From contig OZ024741.1 of NCBI GenBank assembly GCA_964016885.1, positions 199,392,001-199,456,000 of the forward strand: DNA of 64,000 bases, written 5' to 3'. This DNA is from Eledone cirrhosa. Lineage: Eukaryota. A model generated the notes under the pieces. The model was not told the origin of the DNA. It worked only from the letters and a program-made list of their open reading frames with translations, and did not search any database. Below, piece after piece: positions 1 to 11,535 of the stretch (position 1 is the first letter of the stretch; each line of letters begins with the position of its first letter). A program made the translations under genes and the position numbers.

Positions 1-1031
1 AATGCTTGTTAGAGTGGCTTACTTTTAGCTAGGTACTTTTCCTGTAACTGCCTCACAAGGAAGAGAGCATCAGTGGTGCCTCTTCCTGGTACAAACCCAA
101 ATTGCATCTCATCAAGTTTCACCCGGTCCTTAATCAACTGTGCTATAACTCTTTCTGTTACTTTCATGACCTGGTCCATCAGCTTCATACCTCTATAGTT
201 TCCTCTATCTAGTGCACCACCTTTACCCTTGTAGCAGTTGACAATGATGCTACTGCACCAATCTTTTGGTATGACACCTTCTAGTATTACCTGGTTAACA
301 ATACGTGTGGTTATAGTGTGATTATAGTGACCCAGATGCCTTCAGCATCTCGGCAGCTATATCCAATGGACCGGTTGCCTTCCCCATCTTCATATCTTTG
401 ATTGCCTTACTTACTACGCTGCTGCTGACTTGTACTGCTGACCCCTCTATAGGGTCTCTTCTTCCCATGCATTCTCCTCATTTAGTAATCTATCATAATG
501 ACTCTTCCATGCATCTTTCTTCTCAGCACTTGTAAGAACAAGCTCACCTTTATCATTCCAGATACACTTCTCTCCAATGACATCACAATTCTCTCTGACA
601 CACTGCTTCGCAATCTTGAATACCTCCTGTTTCTGGTCCTCACGTTGTAAAACATGCTTGAATTTTCTATCCTCTGCTTCCCTCCTAGCTAAGTATACTT
701 GTCGCCTAGCTTCCCTCCTGGTCTCTATGTAATGCACCCTGCTTCCGCCCGTTCTTCCATTCTTTCCATGCCTGTCTCTTGGCCTTAACTGCCTCATCTA
801 CCTTATTGTTCCACCACCAAGTCACTCTCCTCCTGCTTGTGGTCTTACTCCAGCCACACATCTCATCCGTCGCCTCTAGTAAGTTATTTTTTAGGAACTC
901 CCAGTGCTCTTCTACATTGAATGTCTCTATCTGTTCTTCTTTACTGTCGTAGGCATCGAGTAAAGTATCTTTAAATCTGTTACTGGCTGAGGGGTCTTTC
1001 AGCTTGCAGATCTTTCTTCTCCAGGTTGGCC

Positions 1032-1033
<2 letters not shown>
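1..1033 (-). mobile_element. RTE-clade LINE fragment (linker and N-terminal part of RT), frameshifted; runs off the window start
   Basis: Minus strand encodes ...REARRQVYLARREAE...KDAWKSHYDRLLNEENAW... and, further on, CYKGKGGALDRGNYRGMKLMDQVMKV and QFGFVPGRGTTDALFLVRQLQEKY; clearly homologous to the 49.2-kb RTE copy. Confidence 0.92.
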
Positions 1034-1087
<54 letters not shown>

Positions 1088-1090
<3 letters not shown>

Positions 1091-2135
1091 TCATCATCAT
1101 CATCACCATTTTACGTCCGTTCTTCCACGCTAGCATGGGTTAGACGGGTTGTCCTGTTGTGTGCAGTGTCTGGTCGGCTGACCATGCCTTGCTCATACAG
1201 GAACTGATCTGGCTTGATTTCTACAGCTGGATGCCCTTCCTAACACCAACCTCATTTACAGTGAGTGCTGGGTGCTTTTTCGTGGCGCCTACACGTCCAC
1301 TTTACAGTGTGGGCTGGGTGCTTTTTTGCTGTGGCACCTCCACGACCATCTTGCGGTGGGGGGTGTGGGGGCATATTGTTTATATGCTTCAGCATGTACC
1401 CATGGGAGGTCGGGTACTCTGTATTACTGCGTGACGCCAGAAGTCACGGTCGTGTGTCATTGTCTTTGAGAGGTGTAGTTGGGTAAGGTCGGCTTTTATC
1501 ACCTCATCCCAAGTCATCTTGGGTCTCCCCACTCCGCGGTTTCCATCAACTTCTAGTGCTCTGCACCTTTTTATGCAGCTGTCATCCTTCATACGCATCA
1601 CATGTCCATACCAGCGCAACCGCCTCTCCTGCACACAGCATTTGATTCCTCTTATGCTCAGTCTCTCTCTCAATTCATTTATGCTTTGTCGTTCACGTAT
1701 ATTACTGTTACACATCCATCGGAGCATGCAGGCTTCGTTTCTCTCTAATCTACGTAAGTCTTCCACCTTCAGCGCCCAGGTCTCACTACCATGCAACATC
1801 GCTGTTCGGATACACGCATCATACAGTCTGCCTTTCATTTTGAGGGAGAAGCCTTTTGCAGCTAGCAGTGGTAGTAGTTCCCTAAACTTCTTCCATCCCG
1901 TTCTTACCCTAGTTATTGTACTTTCTGAACACCCACCTCCGTTGCTAATTCGGTCACCTAGGTAGCAGAAGCTGTCTACTGTTTCTACAGGGCCCTCCCA
2001 GAGATTGGTGGTACTTGTTTCCTGTGGCTGTTTGATGCTTGCTGTTTCAGCATAGCTGCTGCATGTGAATCCTACATTCTTAATTAAGCTTCCTGAGATC
2101 CCGCTACATCTCTTGTGTACCCATTGTTTGCATTT
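1088..2135 (-). mobile_element. 5'-truncated RTE LINE: ORF C-terminus, 3' UTR and (TGA)n tail
   Basis: ORF 1389..2153(-) has VDSFCYLG, MLHGSETW, RLRWYGHVMRM, GRPKMTW; the 3' UTR ends ...CCATGCTAGCGTGGAAGAACGGACGTAAAATGGTGATGATGA next to (TA)n. Confidence 0.93.
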
Positions 2136-2530
2136 ATATATATATGTTGTCATTATAAGTGTTTACTGTAGCTGTTGCTTTAGTTGTTGTTGTCAATAGG
2201 GTGGTGGTATCAACACGACTATTGCGACCAGCGTGGATGACTTTGGCCGCCGGTTTGATGTTATTGTCATTATTGTTGTTGCCGTTGTTGTTGTAGTTGT
2301 TGTCTATAGGTGGTTGTCAACAAAATATATACCCCACCCTCCCTCAGAGCTCCATTTATTGCTTCCACTGTCTACTGGGTTTTGGCTGCACACAGTTCTT
2401 CGTTCTTTTCGTCTTTTTCGTTGATAGCCTTTTCTAGCAAACACGACAGCTGGCAAACCCTTCAAGGAACTCATATGTATGCTGGTCGCACGGCATTAGG
2501 ATGTGTGTTTTCCTGCCAGTGACATATCAA

Positions 2531-2643
2531 ATATATCGGTTTTCATCTGAGGATACCGTTCTCATAATCAACAGCAAATGCATGAAGGACATCTCGATTG
2601 CATGGAGAACCGTAGAAATAATTATAATGATTAAACGATATAT
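2531..2643 (+). ncRNA. Minimal type-I hammerhead ribozyme motif with long stem II
   Basis: TCAT-CTGAGGA(2547-2553)-TACcGTTCTC...GAGAACcGTA-GAAA(2615-2618)-TAATTA-TA-ATGA; stem I extends via ATATATCG/CGATATAT. Confidence 0.7.
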
Positions 2644-3224
2644 GTTTAGTAGTTGGTGTGTCACTCCGTCAGGGTCACCATTTTAGTGTTGCTGGACCCA
2701 GGGTTATTTACTCGAGTAAATGTCACCGGAATCAAACTACTAAATTTTATAAAGAAAAGGATAAGATATTTTACATAACACTATGTCGAATGAGAATTAA
2801 TTCCCATTACAAAGGTAATGATAAAACGTAAGCAGTTTCTCGGAACGAGTATCAATATAAGTCTTCATTTTTATTGTAGCTCCATGTTATAATTGTTGTA
2901 AACAAATATTCTCGTACATAATTAGGTATAGTCCAGATCCATGATAGGTGGTTAAGAGAAAAGTTAACATGCTTGTGCTCGGTGTTGTCAGCTTGAGAAG
3001 AAAGGCGCCAAAAGAGAGTATACCTTTGGCGTAACCATGCCTGGCCTTAAGCCAGGCGGCCAAGAGGTGAAGAAGAGAAAGATAGCTTTGAGCTCTCTCC
3101 TTTATAGTTCCCTGGACGGAAGTTACAAAGAAGGTTCTGGAATTTCAACGGGAAGTAACTCCAGCTACTTCCGTTGTCTGGAGAGTGCTACATATGTAAC
3201 CTCAGCATCTTATTTTGTTATTTT

Positions 3225-3283
3225 ATATATATATATATACACATGTATATACATGTATGTATGTATATATATATGTATGTATG

Positions 3284-3323
<40 letters not shown>

Positions 3324-3574
3324 CATACATATATATATAAATACATATATATATACATACATATATATAAATACATATATATATACATACATATATATAT
3401 AAATACATATATATACATACATATATATATACATACATATATATATACATACATATATATATACATACATATATATATATATACATACATATATATATAT
3501 ACATACATATATACATACATACATATATATATACATACATATATATATATACATATACATACATATATATATAT

Positions 3575-3606
<32 letters not shown>

Positions 3607-3652
3607 ATGTATAATTATATGTATATAGATACATTTATATATATATATATAT

Positions 3653-3722
<70 letters not shown>
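3225..3722. repeat. Compound (TA)n/(TACA)n microsatellite
   Basis: Directly visible; explains the YI/IY-rich ORFs here. Confidence 0.98.
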
Positions 3723-3725
<3 letters not shown>

Positions 3726-3853
3726 AAAGTTTTATTTAAAATTGTTGGGTTACAACAAGTAAATATTTTATAACTGATATAAAGCACTTGACAAGTTTTT
3801 AGAGTAGATATACGATATTAAACAAATGTAAACTATATTTATAAAACCATATT

Positions 3854-3919
3854 TATTTCATTATACATATTTCAGGGAAACCATATTAAAAATATGGCAT
3901 GCCTTCGTCAGATAAAATA
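3854..3919 (-). ncRNA. Minimal hammerhead ribozyme motif (left arm)
   Basis: Reverse complement reads TATTTTAT-CTGACGA-AGGCATGCCATATT..AATATGGTTTCCCT-GAAA-TATGTA-TA-ATGAAATA. Confidence 0.75.
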
Positions 3920-4057
3920 CAATATATAACCAGTTTTATAAATAATTTTGACGTACCATAAATATAGCGACCATTAAGGTAGGAAGCTGGCTTGGTACCT
4001 TAATGGTCGCTATATTTATGGTACGTCAAAATTATTTATAAAACTGGTTATATATTG

Positions 4058-4122
4058 TATTTTATCTGACGAAGGCATGCCATATTTTAATATGGTATCC
4101 CTGAAATATGTATAATGAAATA
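4058..4122 (+). ncRNA. Minimal hammerhead ribozyme motif (right arm)
   Basis: Stem I TATTTTAT/ATGAAATA, core CTGACGA 4066-4072, stem II AGGCATGCCATATT/AATATGGTATCCCT, GAAA 4103-4106, short stem III TATGTA, UH = TA 4113-4114. Confidence 0.8.
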
Positions 4123-4371
4123 AATATGGTTTTATAAATATAGTTTCCATTTGTTTAATATCGTATATATATATATTTATACATGTATATATATATATAA
4201 GATCCGATAAACGTGAAAGCAGCGATTTTTATTTAAACTTTAATCTGTTCTTATAAAGCAGGGAAAAGCGGATGTAAAATGATGACGATGATGATATATA
4301 TATATATATATATATATACATACATATATATATACACACACACAACATATATACATATACACACGCGCACA

Positions 4372-4409
<38 letters not shown>

Positions 4410-4598
4410 CATATATATATATATATAAATTTTAGTACAGCATTAACGAAGCTTTAGAACATGGCCAAGCTAACGAATGCAGAATCAGTCTGTAGCTTTA
4501 GCACTCAGATGAGGAAAAGAACCCCAGAGTAATAACATTACGTTCAGACAGCTTAGCAAATCAGATATAGCGGTCGGCAGTCCAGCCACATCACTAGA

Positions 4599-4640
<42 letters not shown>

Positions 4641-4834
4641 TTCGCTAAACATGTGCTGACTAACTGGAGTTGTGTATGCAACACACCAATCAGTAAATAA
4701 TGATGCAATTTTATTTAATCACTCAACGTCATGTTTCTCTTCCAAATAAGATTTGTCAGTTGGTGACAGAGTATATGTAGAATAAGGAAAACACCAAGTT
4801 CAGTGTAGATGTTAAAGTGTCCTTTATTAACAAA

Positions 4835-4915
4835 GCTGTGATACATATTTCAATGGTGATCATGGCTATGTGATTGTTTAATAATGTAGCCAGTCACATG
4901 ATCTCATCAGACAGC
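4835..4915 (-). ncRNA. Degenerate minimal hammerhead motif
   Basis: Minus strand: GCTGT-CTGATGA-GATCATG...CATGATC-accatt-GAAA-TATGTA-TC-ACAGC; 6 unpaired nt at the base of stem II. Confidence 0.55.
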
Positions 4916-4917
4916 AT

Positions 4918-5098
4918 CATTGGCAGTATCGGTAGAGAGTCGGATGCCATGCTTTCTAGCATAGTTACGTCCCTTTACAGTCTGAGTTCAAATCCCGCCG
5001 AGGTTTACTTTGCCTTTCATCCTTACGGGGTCGATAAAATAAAGTACCAGTAATGTACTGGGTAATTGCTGGCCTTGTGCCTAAAGTAGAAACAATTA
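4918..5098 (+). mobile_element. tRNA-derived SINE with Meta-like central domain
   Basis: A/B-box-like TGGCAGTATCGG...GAGTTCAAATCCC followed by TTTGCCTTTCATCCTTACGGGGTCGATAAAATAAAGTACCAG; many copies in the window. Confidence 0.85.
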
Positions 5099-5689
5099 TG
5101 TAATAAGGTTGTGTTTCCAAGGCAATTCAAACCAAAGGCAAGATACAAGGGAACGGACAAAAATGATGTTTTCATAGCCTATCTCTATTTGTGCAGGCAC
5201 AGTTTTGTGCAGGCACAGAGGTGGAGGACTGGCTGACCAACTGACTACCACCCAATTTTATGCCAGCATAGGCAAGCCTATCTCATATACCAAGTCGCCC
5301 TCACCACAGCCAATGAGATGTCTTGGTCACAGAGTTTAATTCAGCTTAAATGTTTGGTTTACTGCTAGTCCAGTGTCCAGCAGACAGCAGCACCAGTAAA
5401 CCAGAATCTTGTGGTGGAGTGCATGTATCGCTCTGCCTACTACCACTTCTTTATGGTGGAATAATGTATTGACCTTTGACTGCTAAGTGGATAGATAACT
5501 TAATGCTAGGCTCTAGAAAGTAGAATCTCACATTAGAAATTAAAATTAAAATATTAAAACTTCAGAATCACCATTGAAAAATAATTAAAATTAAATGGGA
5601 CGATGTATAAATCAGTGTTAGAAATTAGAAAGCAGGTTCAATATTGAACATTAAATACTGAGAACTAGTGATTAACAATTGAATATGTC

Positions 5690-6360
5690 ACCAGGGAGGT
5701 AGGGTGATAGGGTGGTAGGTGAGAGGGAAGCAAAGGTGGGTGTTGGGAGGGCAGGGGTATAGTGAGAAGGCTGGGCTGTGATGCAGTCAGTTTCACGAGT
5801 GTGGGTGGAAGCAGCTTGGATCAGGGTGGGGGGATGGATATCCACACTGGATGAAGTGGGAGGCCATGAAAAGAGACTGGGTCTTGAAATCATGGTCCTG
5901 GCTGCAGAGCTAATGAAGCTGGAGGAATTGAGAATAGGGTATGGAGAGTTTGGTGTGGGTGTGATGGGAGGAGGTGAAGTTGAGGTAAAAGTGGGAATCA
6001 GTTGGCTTATAGAAAATGGAGCTAGAGAGTGTGTGATGAGTGTGGTCAATAGACAAAAATGTCAAGAAAATTAATAGGAGAGTTAGAGACAGAGATGGAG
6101 AAAGTGATGCAAAGACTGGACAAAAGAAAGAAAAGAGTAGAGCTGTTCATGGGAGAGAGAGGTGGTGCTGATACAATCATCAATATAACAACCGTATAGC
6201 TCACGGGATCATGGCCTCAATGTAACCAACGAACAATTTGGTGTAGTTAGGACCTATTCTTGTACCCATGGCTACCCCAGACACCTGTTGGTAAAACTCT
6301 CAGGAATAGGAAAAACCATTAAGAGTGAGAATGAGTTCAGCAAGGCAGAGAAGAGTATAA
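5690..6360 (-). mobile_element. Penelope-like element reverse transcriptase remnant (pseudogenised)
   Basis: Manual translation of the minus strand: LAELILTLNGFSY..FYQQVSGVAMGTRIGPNYTKLFVGYIE, YIDDCIST, FYKPTDSHFYLNFTSSH..SIPYSQFLQL..CS..GYP, PLTYHP; these are hallmark PLE RT/thumb motifs, broken by stops and frameshifts. Confidence 0.88.
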
Positions 6361-7302
6361 GTACTAAGATAGGGAGTAGGGGTTTATGTGTTATGTGCTA
6401 GCAGCTGGAGTGTATTTTGTGAGAAGTATACATGTTGTGTATATATGGCAAAGAAGTAAAATCCCCAACGTTGAGATCTTACCTTTTGACTATACTTACC
6501 CTGTATCTTATCATGTATCAAGTACTACTCTGATTTGTGGTCTTGCCAGTCCTCACACTGTGTACACTTCATATATATATATATTACATAGAGAGTGTCT
6601 GCGGTGCTGATACCAGGGAGACCACTAATCATGGGAGTACTCTATGCATGGGGAGATGTAGTGTGGGTATAGAGTGTGTGTGTGTGTGTGTGTAGTACTG
6701 CCCATCAACCTCACTTGATATATCTATCCCTTTAAGATATCTGTTTTTTAAATTTCAATCCACTCCTGTTTTGATCTTTTGTCCTCTGATAAAGTGCTTC
6801 ATTTAAAAAGGATTATCACTCTAAAACTAATCACTGAACTACACTATGCCCCAGAACAATAAACTCAATCACCAAATGGCTCTGACAACCTAACGTTTGA
6901 TAGACACCATGAAGTAGGAACTATTCCATGTTGTAAGCTGTAGCGGTACAGTAAAATTGATAAGTGTTTTGATAGTTTATAGAGCTAAGCTGCAGTATGA
7001 AGTTAAAATCATGAGTGTTGTCATATCACCCAATGGGTAAGAGAACTTGATATAATGCAATCAAACTTCTTCCTTGTTCCTTTCCTCTTTACTGTTCTTT
7101 TAATTAAAACCACAACCTTTCCTCAACTATATCTGTACTCATTCCCCATGAGCTTTCTTGTATATCATTACATTCTTTGTTCACCCAATTCCTAACAATT
7201 GCCCTTCCACTTATTATTGAAACATTTTATACTTTGAATTACAAAGATTAAGATATCTTTTCAGAACCTCACATCACTTTACCGCCGACTGCTTTTCATT
7301 CT

Positions 7303-7533
7303 TTAACCCATTTGTTTCTATATTTCTAATGATATACACTACCTATGGGTTTCAATTAAATTTGAAAATCATCAGTAATTTGGTGGAATTTAATAAAAAT
7401 AATTAACCTTCTCATTATTAAGCTGTTCAAAACATTTTGATGTGAAGTTTTAATATAAATATGAGTACTTTGAAATGAGGAGTTTTGTATTAAAAAGGTG
7501 TGGTCTTGGATGGTTTGGTATCAAAAGAGTTAA
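7303..7533. mobile_element. TTAA-flanked (piggyBac-like) MITE; related copy at about 10845-11080
   Basis: TTAACCCATTTG...CAAAAGAGTTAA imperfect terminal inverted repeats. Confidence 0.5.
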
Positions 7534-7694
7534 AAGCCACATCTCATACTAAGCTATTATTCACTAGGCACGCTGAATACACAATAATCATTTTATTTGT
7601 GAGGTTAGATCATCCAACTATTAACTGGATGTTGAGGCATAGAAAAACATTTAACTAAGTTTCATTTGTTTGTTGAACAATGGATATGGGTATT

Positions 7695-7905
7695 TAACTT
7701 TTAATATCCTGTACTAGGTGAAACCACATTTGCAGGACATTCTTGAAAAGTACTAAACAGCACTTTGGCTGCATCATGTTAAAACGTACGCTTTAGTAAT
7801 ACTAGAACTGCAAATTGTCACAATATGTCCATTAGTAAAAATATAAATATTTGAATTAACAAACCTGTTGTTAGATAGATTCTGCTAAATCATTACAAGA
7901 TGACA
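7695..7905. mobile_element. TTAA-type MITE family of about 215 bp, copy 1 (others at about 9740-9960, 44751-44965, 57369-57580)
   Basis: Shared internal motifs CTGTAC..ATGAAA, CTGCATCA, TCTGCTAAATCATT; the 44.7-kb copy shows TIRs TTAACTTTTAACATTCT/AGGATGTTAAAAGTTAA. Confidence 0.6.
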
Positions 7906-10317
7906 TAAATCAACTCCAGTATAACACTAGTACCTTTTATTGATGTAAGAGAGATGAATGGTTAAAGTTGAATTTGGCAGAATTTGAACTCAGGAAGTAG
8001 AGAGAGAGATCAATATTGCAAAACTTTTAGGTTTAACACTTCACTGTTTGTGCCAACTTACCACACTATGACTAGGTACCTACATTTAAAAAAAATTATG
8101 TTATTGATTAATTGCTACTAATAAAAAAAAAAAAAGAAATTATAAACCATTGAAACTTGATCTGAATTTATTTTGTTCTATAACAAACTGGCATTTCCCC
8201 AGAATTACCTAAGAAATGTTGAATATATTCCATGGTCGAGTATTATGAATACCATAATCATTGCTATAGTTGTATTGGTAGGGGGCGTATACTAAAGCAA
8301 ACATGATTCCTTTAAGTATCTTGATTCAACTGTAATACAAGTATTTTAGAAGTGTATATACACTTTGTCAGTATTTCCTTCCAGTCTAGTCCAAAATGAA
8401 TGTCTTTCATCACAGTTACAAAATGTTTTCTTTTATTTTTTTACTACTTTGCTTGTATTAGCATAGGTTTTGCAGCACATTTATAGTCTGGTGTAAATTG
8501 ACTATTTCTTTTACTTGAAAATGTCAGACTAAGGGCTTTCTTACCTTTACACTAAAGAAATGAAGAATACATGTATTGTTCTATGAATAACAAGGATTCA
8601 TAAGCCAAATGTTGAAGTGTTTCTTATGTAGATGAGAAACAAACCCCACCACACACAAAGTATAATATTCCAAGAGAACCTTGCTATGTATTCTCAAGTG
8701 TGGTGAGCCAAGTCATGTGGAATTATCTTGCCCTAAAGTCATAGTAATGATGTATGTTCATCATCACTGTTATTCATATTTTTGTTTGGTTCATCATTAT
8801 CACCACCACTACCATCACCATCATTGTTGTCTACTGTACTTTTGTTATTCATTTAAGCTATTGGATATTCATCATCATCATCATCATTTAATGTCTGCTT
8901 TCCCTGCTAGCAAGGATTGGATAGGTCTTCATAGACCAAGTCAGTACTGAAGCGGGGCTACTGACCGCTCAGACAGGCCGAGGGTCTGCATTCTGCTTAC
9001 ATGTGAGTGTTTCGAATGTAGAGACGTTGTGTCTTTTGACACAAACTGAATGGCCCTCCTAACCCCTTATTAAAGTAATATATTGAAATGTGTTGAAATA
9101 ATGTAACATTCTGCATCTTGCTTCTAGGCTATGAGTGAGAGAAAGAAGTCGTATTAATGTATATTGTTATAGTCACCTGACAGCTGCCAATTAAATGCAT
9201 TATAAACTGGTAAGGGAAATCAAGCATTTGTTTGAGTGGAGAAAGAATTGGTCAATAATGACGGAACCAACATTCCCCTAATAGTTAATCTACTGCATTT
9301 GAATATAACACAAAATGGTCATTGGTTTAAGCTTTTCTGTAAGATTTACTGTAATAATATTCAAACATAATAATATTATTTCTATCATCTTCATTGTCAC
9401 CATGGTATTAAGCTTTTCTTATTCAGCATCTAAAAATATCAAGTTGAATAGTAATATTGTTGTAAGACTCTTAGATGGAATTAACGATGTAAGAAGAACT
9501 GAAGTGATCTGAAGAAACAGAAACTAGATAGCATAGCCAGATAATTTTCTTCTTTCATCTCATGGTTAGATTGGTAGAATGTTAAGAAACAAAATCTATT
9601 TGTGCCATTTCACTTTACCTGTCCATCATAACTGTGATTTCAGCTCATATTCAAATCTGGGAATGAGGGGCTCTACCAGGCTGATTTTCAAATACATGAA
9701 AATGAAATTTTTATTTGGTCTTACCTTACAAATTGGTAATTTTTAACAACCTGTACCACATGAAACCACTTTAGCAAGGCATACAAAACAGCTTTATGAC
9801 TGCATCACATTAGAAATTAAAGTCTTTACTCTAATGTTGAAAATGTTCATAACAATCTGTCATCCACTAATAAATATACTAGAAACATTTGATTTCACAA
9901 ACACCCCTTTTTGTTTTAGATATTTTCTGCTAAATCATTGGAAGTTGTTAAAATTTAAGACTTATATGTTTTCAGTTTCTATAAATGGTCTAGATAAATA
10001 AATGAACTTTAATAAAGTCATAGTTACCTCTTTAAATTATTTTCTTATACAAACAATACGTCTTATTTATCATTGCCTAATATAAGTGAATTACATTTGC
10101 TAATTATTTTATGATAAACTACTTCTTTGTGTTGATTATATTAATCAATTCAAAAAGCTGATGTGTTGGGTATATATCTGTGTATGCATGATAGATCTGG
10201 TTGTATGTAATGTGTGATACATTTTAATGTGAGAGAAGATCAATTCACTGAAACCTGTTAGATTAAATGGTCAACAAGTCAAGACATATTCTCACAAAAC
10301 TCTACTTCACATAACCT

Positions 10318-10560
10318 GAAAAGTGTAGGTTCACAGTGTGGTGCTAATCTATTTATCTATCATATATCATACTTTATGTTTTAACATAATATACTGTCAT
10401 TTAAACACAAGCCGGACTGGATTAAGTCATTTTAAGGCCCTACACACCTATATAACTAGAAAAGTGTAGGTTCAGTGTGGTGTTAATCTATTTATCTACC
10501 ACATGTTATACTATCATTTAAATACATGTCAGGTTGGATTAAGTCGTTTTGAGGCCCTAA
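10318..10560. repeat. Diverged tandem duplication (about 140-bp offset)
   Basis: GAAAAGTGTAGGTTCA..GTGTGGTG.TAATCTATTTATCTA...GGATTAAGTC.TTTT.AGGCCCTA occurs twice. Confidence 0.8.
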
Positions 10561-11394
10561 GCAAATATATAGTTTGCAAACATTTTTGCAGAGGAATGAC
10601 AAAAACATTTCATTTGAATAAAATGATGCCTCCTCTTTCCTTGATGTCCTAAGCATGTGATTAATTTGCTTAATGATTCATCCAGCCACGAACACATGAC
10701 TTGGCTAATTGTGAAATGCCCTTTTACTGAATCAATAATGTACTTCATAACTAGCCAAGATGTTGCCAGTACATATCTTTCCATTGGCACTATATGTTGT
10801 CAGTATCAATAACACTTAACTCTCAATCATCAGTCCACTAAGCTTTAACCCTTTTGATACCAGACAGAAAACCAAAAACCCAAAACTACTCCAGTTCTAT
10901 GACAAACCTCTTGTTTTAAAGAATTTACATTTAAATAAATGTTATGGAAGAATATCTTAAGCTAATGATATGGCTAGTTATTTTAGAAAATCACTTCAAA
11001 TTGTTGATTATTCATAAGATTAATTGAAAAAACATTGATAGTGTATTTCATGAGAAATATGGTACCAAAATAGATAAGTAGGTACCATAATCTGGTATTG
11101 ATTCACTGTTTTTAGCAATAACTGAAATGTAAACATGGCAAGTGAATTTTTTTCTGATTTCATGTGGTGTGTACAGCTCTTCTTTTGGGAAAGGTTATGT
11201 GTGATAGACTAGGATCTGATTGTAGAGATTTATCTTTCATCTGATTCAAACCAAATCCAAAAAATAAGCACAGACTCTGTAGAATGTTTTGTATTCATGA
11301 AGGACACAAGCTCATGTTTGTTATCAAACCAGTGTCCATGTTTACCACACAATAATGTTCAACAACCTTATTAGCTTTTACAATATTCTCTTAG

Positions 11395-11535
11395 AAGTAT
11401 TTAATTAGAATTACAGTAATAAAAGGGTTAACTTAGAAGGTGAAATTCTCATACTACAAGTTAATCAAACTTGTAGTATGAGAATTTCACCTTCTAAGTT
11501 AACCCTTTTATTACTGTAATTCTAATTAAATACTT
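11395..11535. repeat. Perfect inverted repeat, 68-bp arms, 5-nt loop
   Basis: 11395-11462 is the reverse complement of 11468-11535. Confidence 0.95.

Larger units (their letters stand above)
3725..4168 (-). mobile_element. Non-autonomous Penelope-like fold-back unit (about 174-bp inverted arms plus an 80-bp tail) inserted in (TA)n
   Basis: Arms 3808-3981 and 3996-4168 are near-perfect reverse complements around a 14-nt loop; each arm carries a hammerhead motif; a homologous copy lies at 42277-42636. Confidence 0.75.

Noticed and set aside
3030-3075. Twister-ribozyme-like loop GCCTG-GCCTTAAGC-CAGGC...GAGG
   Set aside because: No P2 stem or second pseudoknot can be placed in the required order
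3037-3726. Long YI/HT/VC-rich ORFs (also at 13.6, 18.4, 23.2, 25.6-26.9, 27.8, 29.9, 41.2, 45.7, 47.4 and 54.5 kb)
   Set aside because: Stop-free translations of microsatellites
6785-6840. Hammerhead-like CTGATAA..AGTG/CACT..AAAACTAATC
   Set aside because: Core G8 and G12 are absent and there is no stem I; at best a dead remnant
9505-9535. CTGAAGA...GAAA motif
   Set aside because: No stem II and no UH triplet
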